Shown: positions 21,422-31,240 of the stretch, piece by piece
Numbering within the stretch: the stretch's first letter is position 1
Layout of the letters: every line of letters begins with the position of its first letter
Assembly: GCA_003213355.1 (NCBI GenBank)
Contig: QCND01000001.1
Span: 1-56,824 of the forward strand
Direction of reading: 5' to 3'
Length of the DNA: 56,824 nt
DNA from: Prochlorococcus sp. AG-424-E20
GTDB taxonomy: Bacteria; Cyanobacteriota; Cyanobacteriia; PCC-6307; Cyanobiaceae
Notes under the pieces: generated by a model
What the model was told of the DNA's origin: nothing
What the model saw: only the letters and a program-made list of their open reading frames with translations
Databases searched by the model: none
Program-made: the position numbers and the translations under genes

Positions 21422-22093
21422 ATGAAACTTGAGTTTTTACAATTAATCAGCCCATCATTACCAGTTGGTGCTTTTAGTTACTCTGAAGGATTGGAGTGGC
21501 TTGTTCAAAATCAAAAAGTATATGACGAGACAACACTTTTTAATTGGATTGAAAGTGAACTCTCTCGAGGCCAGATAACAATTGAGGCAAGCTCAATTGC
21601 TCACATTATGAGAGATTTAGAGCATTGGAATGATCATAAAGATGTTCAACATAAATTAATTATTGAAGAGTGGAATTCTTGGCTTGGTTCATTAAGAGAT
21701 TCGCCTGATGTCCGATCTCAACAAATACAAATGGGTGAATCTCTATTACAGCTTCTCATTGATCTAGATCATCCTCTTCCTGGTAATGAAAAAAAATTTA
21801 TTTGGCCGATAGCTTGGGCTTGGGCAGGAGTTTGCTGGGATATACCCCAAATTGATTTAGTGGAAGGATTTTTATATAGTTGGGTGGCTAATCAATTGAG
21901 TGCAGCGTTAAGACTATTGTCATTAGGACCAACAAAAGCTCAACAGCTTCAAATGAAATCCCTAAGACTTATAAAGTCTCAAGCAAGTTACTTATTGCAG
22001 CAGAATCCTAAAGAAATTTGGGTTGGTGATGTGGGCGCGATTATGGCACAACAATCGCATATTGAACTTTATTCAAGATTATTTCGAAGCTAA
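21422..22093 (+). CDS. ureF: Urease accessory protein UreF
   Basis: [16 protein letters not shown]; C-terminal YSRLFRS. Confidence 0.96.
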   Translation: MKLEFLQLISPSLPVGAFSYSEGLEWLVQNQKVYDETTLFNWIESELSRGQITIEASSIAHIMRDLEHWNDHKDVQHKLIIEEWNSWLGSLRDSPDVRSQQIQMGESLLQLLIDLDHPLPGNEKKFIWPIAWAWAGVCWDIPQIDLVEGFLYSWVANQLSAALRLLSLGPTKAQQLQMKSLRLIKSQASYLLQQNPKEIWVGDVGAIMAQQSHIELYSRLFRS

Positions 22094-22710
22094 TGGAAAG
22101 TAAATTAAGAGTTGGCATAGCCGGTCCAGTAGGATCTGGGAAAACGGCTATAATTCAGAGACTATGTGAAAATCTTAAAGATCGATTAGAGATTGCAGTA
22201 GTAACAAATGATATTTATACGCAAGAAGATGCAAAATTTTTAACGAATTCCAAGGCTTTAGCACCTGAACGTATCAAAGGAGTTGAAACTGGAGGTTGCC
22301 CACATACAGCGATAAGGGAAGATTGCTCAATTAATCGTATTGCGGTTGAAGAGCTGGAGCATAAATTTACAACTTTAGATTTAGTATTTGTTGAAAGTGG
22401 TGGCGATAATTTAGCTGCGAGTTTTAGCCCTGAGTTAGTAGATGTATGTATATACATAATTGATGTTGCAGCGGGAGATAAGATCCCTAGGAAAGGAGGG
22501 CCAGGAATAACACGTTCTGATTTATTAGTGATCAATAAGATTGACCTTGCTGAAATGGTTGGAGCAAACCTGAAAATAATGGAGAGAGATACTCTGCTTA
22601 TGAGGAAAAATCTTCCCTGGTGCTTTACCAATACCAAAACAGGGGAGGGGATAAAAATAATTGAAGGGTTTTTGTGTAATCAGATACCCTCTGGGCAGGA
22701 GATGGTATAA
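22093..22710 (+). CDS. ureG: Urease accessory GTPase UreG
   Basis: [25 protein letters not shown]. Confidence 0.98.
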   Translation: MESKLRVGIAGPVGSGKTAIIQRLCENLKDRLEIAVVTNDIYTQEDAKFLTNSKALAPERIKGVETGGCPHTAIREDCSINRIAVEELEHKFTTLDLVFVESGGDNLAASFSPELVDVCIYIIDVAAGDKIPRKGGPGITRSDLLVINKIDLAEMVGANLKIMERDTLLMRKNLPWCFTNTKTGEGIKIIEGFLCNQIPSGQEMV

Positions 22711-22794
22711 ACCAATACGGAAAAGTATCTTCGTTTACTGAAATAGTTAAAACAGTCTTATTTGCTACAAAGAGAGGGGTGTTCAGTTGGATAC
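22705..22794. promoter_or_regulatory. Cluster of NtcA(-like) boxes upstream of urtA
   Basis: GTA-N8-TAC at 22705 and 22725; GTC-N8-TAC at 22755; GTT-N8-TAC at 22781. Confidence 0.75.
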
Positions 22795-22842
22795 TTTTCC
22801 TAAACCCCAAGGTGGGCAAACAACTAATTTAGTTAGTAATTC

Positions 22843-24120
22843 ATGAAGCTTTCAAAGCGCATTTTTGCAGGTTTAGCTACTGCCTCTTTAGCCGTAACTG
22901 TTACTGCTTGTGGTGGATCAGATTCCTCTGGCAACTTTGACGACACCGTAACTGTTGGAATTCTCCATTCTCTTTCAGGGACAATGGCAATCTCGGAATC
23001 AACTCTTGTTGATACAGAGAAAATGGCTATTGAGGAAATCAATGCAGCTGGCGGTGTAACAGTCGACGGTAAAAGTTATAAAATTGAATACATCGTTGAA
23101 GATGGTGCTTCAGATTGGCCTACCTTTGCAGAGAAATCTAAGAAGTTAATCGATCAGGATGGAGTACCAGTAGTCTTTGGCGGCTGGACTTCTGCAAGTC
23201 GAAAGGCAATGCTTCCAGTTTATGAATCAAAAGATGCATTCCTTTATTACCCAATTCAATATGAAGCACAAGAGTGCTCCAACAACATTTTCTATACAGG
23301 AGCGACTCCGAATCAGCAGTCTGAGCCTGCCACTGATTTCATGTATAAGCGCTCTCCAGCTGCTGGAGGAGATTTCTTCTTAGTTGGTTCTGATTATGTT
23401 TTCCCAAGAACTTCTAACACAATTACTAAAGCTCAAGTGAAACAACTTGGCGGAAAAGTTGTTGGAGAAGATTATCTTCCTTTAGGTAATACTGAGGTAG
23501 CACCTATTATCTCGAAGATAAAAGTTGCTCTTCCTGATGGTGGAATCATAGTTAACACTTTGAATGGTGACCAAAACGTTGCTTTCTTCAAACAAATCCA
23601 AGACGCAGGAATCACTCCTTCTAATGGTTATTACGTAATGAACTACTCCATTGCGGAAGAAGAGATTAGTACGATTGGACCTGAGTTCCTTGAGGGCCAC
23701 TATGGTGCTTGGAATTACATGATGTCTATTGATACGCCAGCTTCTAAGAAATTTGCTAAGAGCTTTAAGAAGAGATGGGGTAGTGATCGTGTTGTGGCTG
23801 ATCCTCAAGAATCTGCCTATAACATGGTTTATCTTTGGAAGCAGGCAGTTGAAGATGCAGGTACATTTGATGACAATGCGGTTAGAGAAGCATTGGTTGG
23901 TCAGACATTCGATGCTCCTCAGGGTCCAGTAGAAGTTATGGCAAATCATCACCTATCTCAAACAGTGAGAATCGGTGAAATCAATGCAGAGGGTGGATTT
24001 ACAATCCTTGAAGAAACTGGAGTAGTTGAGCCACAAGCATGGAACCAAAAACATCCAAGTTCAAAAGGTTACGCTTGTGATTGGACTGATCCTAAGAAAG
24101 GTGAAAAATATAGGATGTGA
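22843..24120 (+). CDS. urtA: Urea ABC transporter substrate-binding lipoprotein
   Basis: Lipobox VTAC, GILHSLSGTMAISE, WTSASRK. Confidence 0.98.
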   Translation: MKLSKRIFAGLATASLAVTVTACGGSDSSGNFDDTVTVGILHSLSGTMAISESTLVDTEKMAIEEINAAGGVTVDGKSYKIEYIVEDGASDWPTFAEKSKKLIDQDGVPVVFGGWTSASRKAMLPVYESKDAFLYYPIQYEAQECSNNIFYTGATPNQQSEPATDFMYKRSPAAGGDFFLVGSDYVFPRTSNTITKAQVKQLGGKVVGEDYLPLGNTEVAPIISKIKVALPDGGIIVNTLNGDQNVAFFKQIQDAGITPSNGYYVMNYSIAEEEISTIGPEFLEGHYGAWNYMMSIDTPASKKFAKSFKKRWGSDRVVADPQESAYNMVYLWKQAVEDAGTFDDNAVREALVGQTFDAPQGPVEVMANHHLSQTVRIGEINAEGGFTILEETGVVEPQAWNQKHPSSKGYACDWTDPKKGEKYRM

Positions 24121-24148
24121 TTCACTTTCTGACTTATAAATAGATTCT

Positions 24149-24174
24149 AATAAGGAGCCTTCGGGCTCCTTATT
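24149..24174 (+). terminator. Hairpin after urtA (partial terminator or stabiliser)
   Basis: AATAAGGAGCC-TTCG-GGCTCCTTATT followed by TCTTT. Confidence 0.8.
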
Positions 24175-24196
24175 TCTTTAAAAAACAACCAAGCTA

Positions 24197-25354
24197 GTGC
24201 AACTTTTACTTGAAAGCCTCTTTAATGGCGTTGCTATTGGCTCAGTTTTGCTTGTCGCAGCACTGGGACTGGCAATTGTCTTCGGTTTAATGGGTGTCAT
24301 TAATCTTGCTCATGGCGAATTGATGATGCTTGGCGCTTATTCCACATACATAATTCAATTAATTTTTAAACAAGTTTCTTTTTTAAAACCTTTTTATGAC
24401 TCGTATGTCATAGTTGCAATTGGGATTGCTTTTTTAGTTAGTGGAACAGTTGGGATTTTTTTAGAACGAACAGTTATTAGACGTCTCTATGGAAGTCCTC
24501 TTGAAACACTTTTAGCTACATGGGGAGTTAGCCTAATCCTTCAACAATTTGTTAGAAGTGTTCCTCTCGCTTATGCAAGTGGTTTGGTTGTAGCACTTTT
24601 CTTTGGATTATTATCACCATTATTTATTTCTGATGACTTACTTTCTGGTCCAAAAGGTAAATTAATAAGGGCATGTACTTGGGGATTTTCTGCCTTACTA
24701 GGTGTCGCAACAGGAGGTATTTTATCTTCTTTAGTAAGTAAACTAAGTCGTGCAAGTGCAAGGAATGTTGATGTTACTGCCCCTTCTTGGATGAGAGGTG
24801 GTATAGATTTTGTTGGAATTACTTTCCCTAAAACACGTTTATTAATAATCCTTATCACTGTAATATCTGTTTTAGTAGTGATTTTCTTTCTCGATAAAAC
24901 AGCGTGGGGAATGAGAATTAGAGCAGTAACTCAAAATAGACCTATGAGTGATTGTTTAGGTATATCAACAGAAACAGTAGATATTATTACTTTTGGAATT
25001 GGCTCTGGTCTTGCTGGAGTTGCTGGAGTTGCTGTTTCACTTCTAGGGTCAGTAGGACCAAATGTTGGCGGAAATTATATTGTGGGATGTTTTATGGTTG
25101 TCGTTCTTGGTGGAGTAGGCAATTTGCTAGGCACAATTCTTGCTTCTTTCTCTATAGGAATTATGACTGATTTAATTGGAGCAGGGAGACTCCTTACCAT
25201 TTGGCCAGATATGCCTTCACCTCTAGCATCAATAATAGATTTTTTTGCGACAACAAGTATGGCTAGAGTAATGATATTTGCACTAATAGTCATATTCTTA
25301 CAATTCCGACCAACTGGGATGTTCCCTCAAAAAGGAAGAATGGTGGAGTCTTAA
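24197..25354 (+). CDS. urtB: Urea ABC transporter permease
   Basis: GLMGVINLAHGE, LETLLATWG. Confidence 0.96.
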   Translation: MQLLLESLFNGVAIGSVLLVAALGLAIVFGLMGVINLAHGELMMLGAYSTYIIQLIFKQVSFLKPFYDSYVIVAIGIAFLVSGTVGIFLERTVIRRLYGSPLETLLATWGVSLILQQFVRSVPLAYASGLVVALFFGLLSPLFISDDLLSGPKGKLIRACTWGFSALLGVATGGILSSLVSKLSRASARNVDVTAPSWMRGGIDFVGITFPKTRLLIILITVISVLVVIFFLDKTAWGMRIRAVTQNRPMSDCLGISTETVDIITFGIGSGLAGVAGVAVSLLGSVGPNVGGNYIVGCFMVVVLGGVGNLLGTILASFSIGIMTDLIGAGRLLTIWPDMPSPLASIIDFFATTSMARVMIFALIVIFLQFRPTGMFPQKGRMVES

Positions 25355-25357
25355 TTT

Positions 25358-26485
25358 ATGAGCATTTTTTCTACAAAAAAAAGTTGGATTCACTTAACTC
25401 TTTGGGTGCTAATCATTGCATTAATTATTGCTGCTCCTACATTACTTCCTGTTTTTAGATTAAATCTCTTAGGTAGATATCTATCTCTTGCAATAGTGGC
25501 TCTAGGAGTTGATTTGATTTGGGGATTTACAGGAATGTTGAGCTTAGGGCAAGGAATTTTCTTTGCTCTTGGTGGATATTGCGCTGCAATGTTCCTCCAA
25601 TTGAATAGTTCAGGAGAATTTCCAAATGGTATCCCCGAGTTTTTTGGTTTATATGGAGTCGAAAAACTTCCATTTTTCTGGGAGCCTTTTAAAAGTTCAA
25701 TCTTTACTCTTATTTCTATTTGGTTGCTACCAGCAATAATTGCTGGCCTTCTAGGTTATTTAGTTTTTAGAAATAGAATTAAAGGTGTTTATTTTTCGAT
25801 CCTTACACAAGCGGCTCTTTTAGTTTTTTTCAATTTCTTTAATGGTCAACAGAAATTGATTAATGGAACAAATGGTTTAAAAACAGACGTGACTCAACTT
25901 TTTGGACAAATGGTAGGTTCTGAAATAATGCAAAGATGGTTCTTTTGGATATCAGCTGTTTTAGTGATACTTGCATGGTTTTTTGCGAAGTGGATTGTTC
26001 GAGATAGATTTGGAAATATCCTTATTGGAATTAGAGATGATGAAGCTCGAGTTCGTTTCACTGGATATAATCCAGTAATTTTTAAAACAATAATTTTCTC
26101 AATAGCAGGAGGCTTAGCTGGCATTTCAGGGGCTTTGTACACAGTTCAATCTGGAATAGTCTCTCCTCAATTCATGACTGTCCCGTTCTCTATCGAAATG
26201 GTTGTTTGGGTTGCCGTTGGGGGCAGAGGAACTTTACTAGGCGCAATTCTTGGAGCTGTTTTTATCAATTATGCAAAAAGTTTAGTGAGTGAAGCATTAC
26301 CAGCAAGCTGGATGTTTATTCAAGGTGGATTATTTATCCTTGTTGTAACAGCTCTCCCAGAAGGGGTACTTGGATGGATCCGAAAGGGAGGTCTAAAGAA
26401 ATTACTCTTTTTAATTGGAATTAATAAAAAACTGGAGACATATCCAAGTCTTGAAATTAATGAACAAGGTGAGGTGAAATCATGA
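25358..26485 (+). CDS. urtC: Urea ABC transporter permease
   Basis: WGFTGMLSLGQ, IKGVYFSI, VAVGGRG. Confidence 0.96.
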   Translation: MSIFSTKKSWIHLTLWVLIIALIIAAPTLLPVFRLNLLGRYLSLAIVALGVDLIWGFTGMLSLGQGIFFALGGYCAAMFLQLNSSGEFPNGIPEFFGLYGVEKLPFFWEPFKSSIFTLISIWLLPAIIAGLLGYLVFRNRIKGVYFSILTQAALLVFFNFFNGQQKLINGTNGLKTDVTQLFGQMVGSEIMQRWFFWISAVLVILAWFFAKWIVRDRFGNILIGIRDDEARVRFTGYNPVIFKTIIFSIAGGLAGISGALYTVQSGIVSPQFMTVPFSIEMVVWVAVGGRGTLLGAILGAVFINYAKSLVSEALPASWMFIQGGLFILVVTALPEGVLGWIRKGGLKKLLFLIGINKKLETYPSLEINEQGEVKS

Positions 26486-27234
26486 GTTCTCCATTGCTAG
26501 AGCTAAAAAAAATCTCAGTTAGCTTTGAAGGATTTCTTGCTCTTAGAGATCTTGATCTGGTTTTGAATAAAGGCGATCTTAGAGCCGTTATTGGTCCCAA
26601 TGGTGCAGGTAAAACTACATTTTTAGATGTAATTACTGGCAAAGTATTACCGACAAAAGGTGATGTGATTTTTAAAGAAAAATCGTTGCTTGGTCAAAAG
26701 GAGTTTCGTATAGCGCGTAAAGGGATTGGAAGAAAATTTCAAAGTCCTAGGATATTTGAAAATCTATCTGTACAAGAAAATCTAGCGCTATCAGTTAGCA
26801 GGCCTAAAACCCCTTTTTCATTATTGATTGATAATTTAAAGGTTAAGCATTTAGATCAAATTCAACATTTGATGAGTATTGTCAACCTCCAATCAAAAGC
26901 CAATATCAGGGCGGGAGCTCTCTCTCATGGCCAAAAACAATGGCTTGAGATCGCTATGCTAGTTGGACAAGACCCTGACCTGTTACTTGTTGATGAACCT
27001 GTGGCTGGCTTGACTGATGAAGAAACAGATTTAACTGCTGATCTTCTTAAATCTCTAGCGGGTGATCATACTGTTTTAGTTATTGATCATGATATGGAAT
27101 TTATTCGTAGACTTGATTGCCCTGTGAGTGTTTTACACCAAGGACACGTATTGAAGGAAGGTTCTATGAGCGAAATACAAAAAGATCCTTTAGTGATAGA
27201 GGTTTATCTAGGACAATCTGAGGAGGAAGAATAA
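26482..27234 (+). CDS. urtD: Urea ABC transporter ATPase
   Basis: GPNGAGKT, GIGRKFQ, LSHGQKQWLE. Confidence 0.96.
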   Translation: MSSPLLELKKISVSFEGFLALRDLDLVLNKGDLRAVIGPNGAGKTTFLDVITGKVLPTKGDVIFKEKSLLGQKEFRIARKGIGRKFQSPRIFENLSVQENLALSVSRPKTPFSLLIDNLKVKHLDQIQHLMSIVNLQSKANIRAGALSHGQKQWLEIAMLVGQDPDLLLVDEPVAGLTDEETDLTADLLKSLAGDHTVLVIDHDMEFIRRLDCPVSVLHQGHVLKEGSMSEIQKDPLVIEVYLGQSEEEE

Positions 27235-27941
27235 TGACTATGTTAAAGATAAAAGGCTTGAATACCTACTACGGCGAGAGTCATATTCTTCGAGATGTTG
27301 ATATGAATATCAATCAAGGTGAGATGATTTGTCTTATAGGTCGAAATGGAGTAGGTAAAACAACTTTGCTTAAATCCTTAATAGGTTTATTAACTCCACG
27401 GCGTGGAGAGATTATTTTTAATGGAGATTTAGTAAATAGAAAGCCACCTCATCAAAGAGCTCGTTCAGGAATTGGATATGTTCCTCAAGGACGAGAAATA
27501 ATACCTTATCTAACTGTCGAGGAAAATCTTCAACTTGGATTAGAAGCTTTGCCTGGAGGTTTAGCAAAACATAAAAAGATTGATGAACTTGTATATGAAC
27601 TATTCCCTGTCTTAAAACAATTTCTAGAGCGTAAAGGAGGTGACTTAAGCGGTGGACAACAGCAACAACTTGCCATTGCGCGAGCACTACTGGGAAAACC
27701 AAAGTTGCTTTTACTTGATGAACCAACTGAAGGAATACAACCGAATATCGTTCAAGATATTGAGTCAGCAGTCAAAAGGATTATTAGTGAGACTGGTGTT
27801 GGAGTTTTATTAGTAGAACAACATCTGCATTTTGTGAGGCAAGCTGATCGTTATTATGCAATGCAACGTGGAGGAATAGTGGCAAATGGCCCAACTAGTG
27901 AATTAAGTAAAGCGGTGGTAGAGAAATTTCTTAGTGTTTAA
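27234..27941 (+). CDS. urtE: Urea ABC transporter ATPase
   Basis: GRNGVGKT, LSGGQQQQ, DEPTEGIQP. Confidence 0.96.
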   Translation: MTMLKIKGLNTYYGESHILRDVDMNINQGEMICLIGRNGVGKTTLLKSLIGLLTPRRGEIIFNGDLVNRKPPHQRARSGIGYVPQGREIIPYLTVEENLQLGLEALPGGLAKHKKIDELVYELFPVLKQFLERKGGDLSGGQQQQLAIARALLGKPKLLLLDEPTEGIQPNIVQDIESAVKRIISETGVGVLLVEQHLHFVRQADRYYAMQRGGIVANGPTSELSKAVVEKFLSV

Positions 27942-27943
27942 GT

Positions 27944-28087
27944 CTATTTTGTTTGAGTAAAAGCAGTTTCTTTCTCTATTTTGTCTTGGCAAGTAGAGCA
28001 AAGAATATGACCCTTCTTTTTCCAAAAAGTCTTTGTTGACCTTTCGATATTTTGTCCACAGCCAAGGCATTTAAAGAGAGGACTCAT
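27944..28087 (-). CDS. Unannotated 47-aa CxxC...CxxC zinc-ribbon microprotein
   Basis: MSPLFKCLGCGQNIERSTKTFWKKKGHILCSTCQDKIEKETAFTQTK. Confidence 0.7.
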   Translation of the reverse strand: MSPLFKCLGCGQNIERSTKTFWKKKGHILCSTCQDKIEKETAFTQTK

Positions 28088-28280
28088 TTATTACTCAATC
28101 TTTTTTTATAGTTATTTATCATACTATTTTTATTCTGTCTTAACAGATACAATATTTTTTGGGCCGTAGACTTTGATTTTTAAAGATAATACTAATTTAT
28201 TTAATTAACATTAAAAAGAATTTCTTGATACTTGCTCTATTTATTTAGTTTGTTATAAGTGGATCAAGAGATGCTATTGC

Positions 28281-28391
28281 ATGTCTTTCGAAAGATTAAG
28301 CAAAACTGAGATAGTCAATGGCAGAATTGCAATGTCAGGTGTATTAGTTATTTTATTACTTGAAATAGTATCTAAGTTAAGTATTGCTTAG
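28281..28391 (+). CDS. hli: High-light-inducible protein (HLIP)-like, 36 aa
   Basis: MSFERLSKTEIVNGRIAMSGVLVILLLEIV: ExxNGRxAM motif plus TM helix ending in E. Confidence 0.75.
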   Translation: MSFERLSKTEIVNGRIAMSGVLVILLLEIVSKLSIA

Positions 28392-28438
28392 ATACTATAT
28401 ATATGAAATTGATTTGGTTTTAATAAAACCTACTTAAA

Positions 28439-28948
28439 TTAAGCTACTTTTAAAAATAGAGAATCTTTTATTCTTTTGATTTCTCCATCTTTCCATAACC
28501 AGATAATAGGCTCTGTAGATTTTGCTTGTTGTAGATCAATTCTGTTTTCAATACTTATAGGATTAAATTCTGTATTCGATTCAAATTGTTTGTCTCTAAT
28601 TGCCTGATTGATAACAATACTTCCATCTTTTCCAGATATTGATCTATGAAATGTACCGATAGGTATTTGAAGTGCACCCATGAATCTATGGAGATAAATT
28701 ATGTGATGGGGTTCATCCCAAAGAGGATTTAATAGTGTGAAGGTTCTATCTCCCTCAAGTACAAGATTATTATCTGTTTGATGATGGTGTACATAATATT
28801 GCTCAAAGCCATTTAAATCAGGAGGTGAAGTTGCTCCTCCTTTATGAATAACGACATCACTACCATTTGAACCTTCAACACTGGCATCTAAAAAAGTTAC
28901 TTCAGGAGTCTCTCGGAAAATATTAACCGGTACAAAATTGAGTTTCAT
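28439..28948 (-). CDS. Conserved hypothetical protein, cupin-like
   Basis: YVHHHQTD...LQIPIGTFHRS suggests cupin His motifs; ATG 28948. Confidence 0.7.
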   Translation of the reverse strand: MKLNFVPVNIFRETPEVTFLDASVEGSNGSDVVIHKGGATSPPDLNGFEQYYVHHHQTDNNLVLEGDRTFTLLNPLWDEPHHIIYLHRFMGALQIPIGTFHRSISGKDGSIVINQAIRDKQFESNTEFNPISIENRIDLQQAKSTEPIIWLWKDGEIKRIKDSLFLKVA

Positions 28949-29305
28949 CAAAAATTTTATTTGTTTCAAACATTACTGGAATAAATATATCTAACTGTAT
29001 TAATTAATTCACTTTTAGCGAATTAATTATCTTTTGGACAAGAAGAAGAGTATTTGATTTTACTAAAAGGCATCAAATATGATTTGTTCTAGTTAGCTCA
29101 CAAAGTAATTATTGATGCATAAGATTATGAAAAATATTAATAAGTTAGATCAAATAAAATATTATTAAAGTCATGGCTAAATCAACTATTAAAAATAAAA
29201 AACTTTTGGTTGATGAAATGATTAAAACCTTTAAATCTATCCCCGCAACAGCGATAACTTTTTCGAATATAAAAAAAAATTAAACTCATAACTTACGATA
29301 TATGT

Positions 29306-29512
29306 TTGAGATACTTCGCTAGCGGATTATTTTTATTATCACATGGCCTTTTGGTTTTAGATCATCTAGGAGTAGGAGCAGCTCTTCATGGAATTGGTGA
29401 GGTCTTTTTTGCCCCATGGGCTATTAAGCAGAAAGCATGGGACTTGGTTTTTATGGCTTTTGTATTTGGCACATTTGATCTTTGGGGAACTTTGAAACTA
29501 GGATTTAATTAG
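29306..29512 (+). CDS. Small hypothetical membrane protein
   Basis: 68-aa hydrophobic ORF, PW-IKQKAWD. Confidence 0.6.
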   Translation: MRYFASGLFLLSHGLLVLDHLGVGAALHGIGEVFFAPWAIKQKAWDLVFMAFVFGTFDLWGTLKLGFN

Positions 29513-29547
29513 TAAATTAATTAGATATACTTGTTTGTTCTTTAAGA

Positions 29548-29620
29548 TTGGGGAGAGAGGTCAAAACCCTTCCCAGTAGTGGTGACCTCCCTACAGAAAA
29601 CTTTGGAACGGGTTTTCTGA
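29548..29620. ncRNA. Candidate two-hairpin structured RNA
   Basis: GC-rich island in AT-rich DNA with GAGGTCA/TGACCTC and CAGAAAAC/GTTTTCTG stems. Confidence 0.4.
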
Positions 29621-29709
29621 TAAAATAGTTATAGGAATTTAGTTGAATAATTTAAGACTTAATTGATACAAAATCAAAAATCTATGAACAATTTGTATAT
29701 CTTATGAAT

Positions 29710-29919
29710 TTATTTAATCAATTCTTTATTAGATAGTATTTTGTTTCGTTTGACTTTTTTCAACTCGTGCATACCTTCTATTTGTTGGTAAACAGACTGT
29801 AGTTGATCGCAAACATGTTCAGTATTTTCTACTTTGTTTAATCTGAGTAGCATTTTCTCTATTTGCTCTTTGCATTCTAAGAAAATATGACAATCTATTG
29901 TTCCTGGCTCGTATTGCAT
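29710..29919 (-). CDS. Hypothetical helical protein (69 aa)
   Basis: ATG ORF YEPGT-DC...; amphipathic helices. Confidence 0.65.
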   Translation of the reverse strand: MQYEPGTIDCHIFLECKEQIEKMLLRLNKVENTEHVCDQLQSVYQQIEGMHELKKVKRNKILSNKELIK

Positions 29920-30089
29920 GTTAATAACTAAAGACTATATAAATAAAGGAATCAAATAATTAAATCTGTATATTTTGATTCAAATAATCAAATCTATTTG
30001 GCTGTTTATTTTTAAAAAATTATAAATTAATGATATATAATTAAAAATTCTAATATGTGTTAGAAATTAAGTTTTTTGGACTTTATTTA

Positions 30090-30230
30090 TTAACCCATCT
30101 CTGCTTTCATTGCTTCATGGATTCTTTTACTCATGATTTCATGACCACAATATTGCAAGTACACTTCTTGTGACCCTTTAGCGGATTTGTTTTGAGTGTA
30201 CTTAAGTCCTCTGTAAGTTAGCTCAGCCAT
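30090..30230 (-). CDS. DUF4278-type small protein (46 aa)
   Basis: MAELTYRGLKY...LQYCG: repeated L-x-YRG motif typical of peptides under glutamine riboswitches. Confidence 0.85.
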   Translation of the reverse strand: MAELTYRGLKYTQNKSAKGSQEVYLQYCGHEIMSKRIHEAMKAEMG

Positions 30231-30249
30231 TGGAATGATTTTCAATGTT

Positions 30250-30304
30250 CAAGTCCCCGTTCCATGGCTTGAATCTAACTGCGACTCAAATTGAGCTGAA
30301 CGTC
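30250..30304 (-). ncRNA. Glutamine-II (downstream-peptide) riboswitch
   Basis: CGUUCA-GCUC...GAGU-CGCAGU...CCAUGGAACG-GGGAC. P1 is CGUUCA/UGGAACG; a TATCAT -10 element lies just upstream; the YRG peptide follows. Confidence 0.88.
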
Positions 30305-30459
30305 GTTTGATGATACACAATACATTCCCAATCTGTTGAAGTTTTTCAAAAATTATTATCAATCTAGATCTGAACTCGTGATTCATTAAAGAATTAGTGC
30401 CAATCAGATTGAATATTCCTAATAAGAGGTCTTATTAAATGAATGAAATTCGTAATTAA

Positions 30460-31089
30460 CTATCTAGCTAGTCTAGAAATATATGAATCTCTTGAACCGG
30501 CATTGATCCATCCGGTTGCGATCGTTTTTGGATGAGTCTTGTTAACTCGACCTCTATGAATATGTGTAAGACCAGCGGGAAAAATAACTAGTTTTCCTCG
30601 TTCCGCTGTCTCATGATATTCCTGCCAGTGAAATTCTGTTCCTCCTGAATCGACATCATTGCAATACAGAATCCAAGCTAAGACTCTGTGAACTGGTTCG
30701 GTCGCTTCTTCGCTAATAGTCCAATCACAGTGCCATTTTTTAAACCCCTCCCCAGGAGCATAACGTTGTAGATTGAAAATGGGATTAACAAAGAGAGATT
30801 GTTCAGGAGCGCATTCGGTAAAAAGTGGGCGTTCTTCAAGGTATTTTTGCAGACCAGCATTGACTCCTCTTATTATTACTTCAGACAAAGCAAATGATTC
30901 TGGATCAGTTCGATCTATTGCTACAAGGCTTATATCTGTAGAAATTTTTGCAGGATCTGAATCATTATTTGCCCCATTACTAAAGGCGATTCCATTGCGA
31001 TGCAAGTCTGTACGACGATCAAAAAATGACATCACGCCATCTGCAACAGATTCAAAACCTTTATTTCTATAACTAGCAATCAAATTCAT
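30460..31089 (-). CDS. 2OG-Fe(II) oxygenase family protein
   Basis: WHCD...ILYCND-GGT-F...IFPA...HIHRG...K facial-triad pattern. Confidence 0.88.
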   Translation of the reverse strand: MNLIASYRNKGFESVADGVMSFFDRRTDLHRNGIAFSNGANNDSDPAKISTDISLVAIDRTDPESFALSEVIIRGVNAGLQKYLEERPLFTECAPEQSLFVNPIFNLQRYAPGEGFKKWHCDWTISEEATEPVHRVLAWILYCNDVDSGGTEFHWQEYHETAERGKLVIFPAGLTHIHRGRVNKTHPKTIATGWINAGSRDSYISRLAR

Positions 31090-31240
31090 AGAATTTTTTT
31101 AAGGTTTTTTGATCTCTGGAAACTCTAAATCGCTTGAAAGTACCATTTTAATGAAAATCTCACAGGGATTTTTCCCCTCTCTTGGGTGGCTAGTTTTATG
31201 TTTAATTTAGATGAAATTGTTTTAATTAAAAGGCTAAAAA

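Noticed and set aside
29173-29283. 36-aa ORF MAKSTIKNKK...
   Set aside because: No motif or RBS; compatible with chance in AT-rich DNA.
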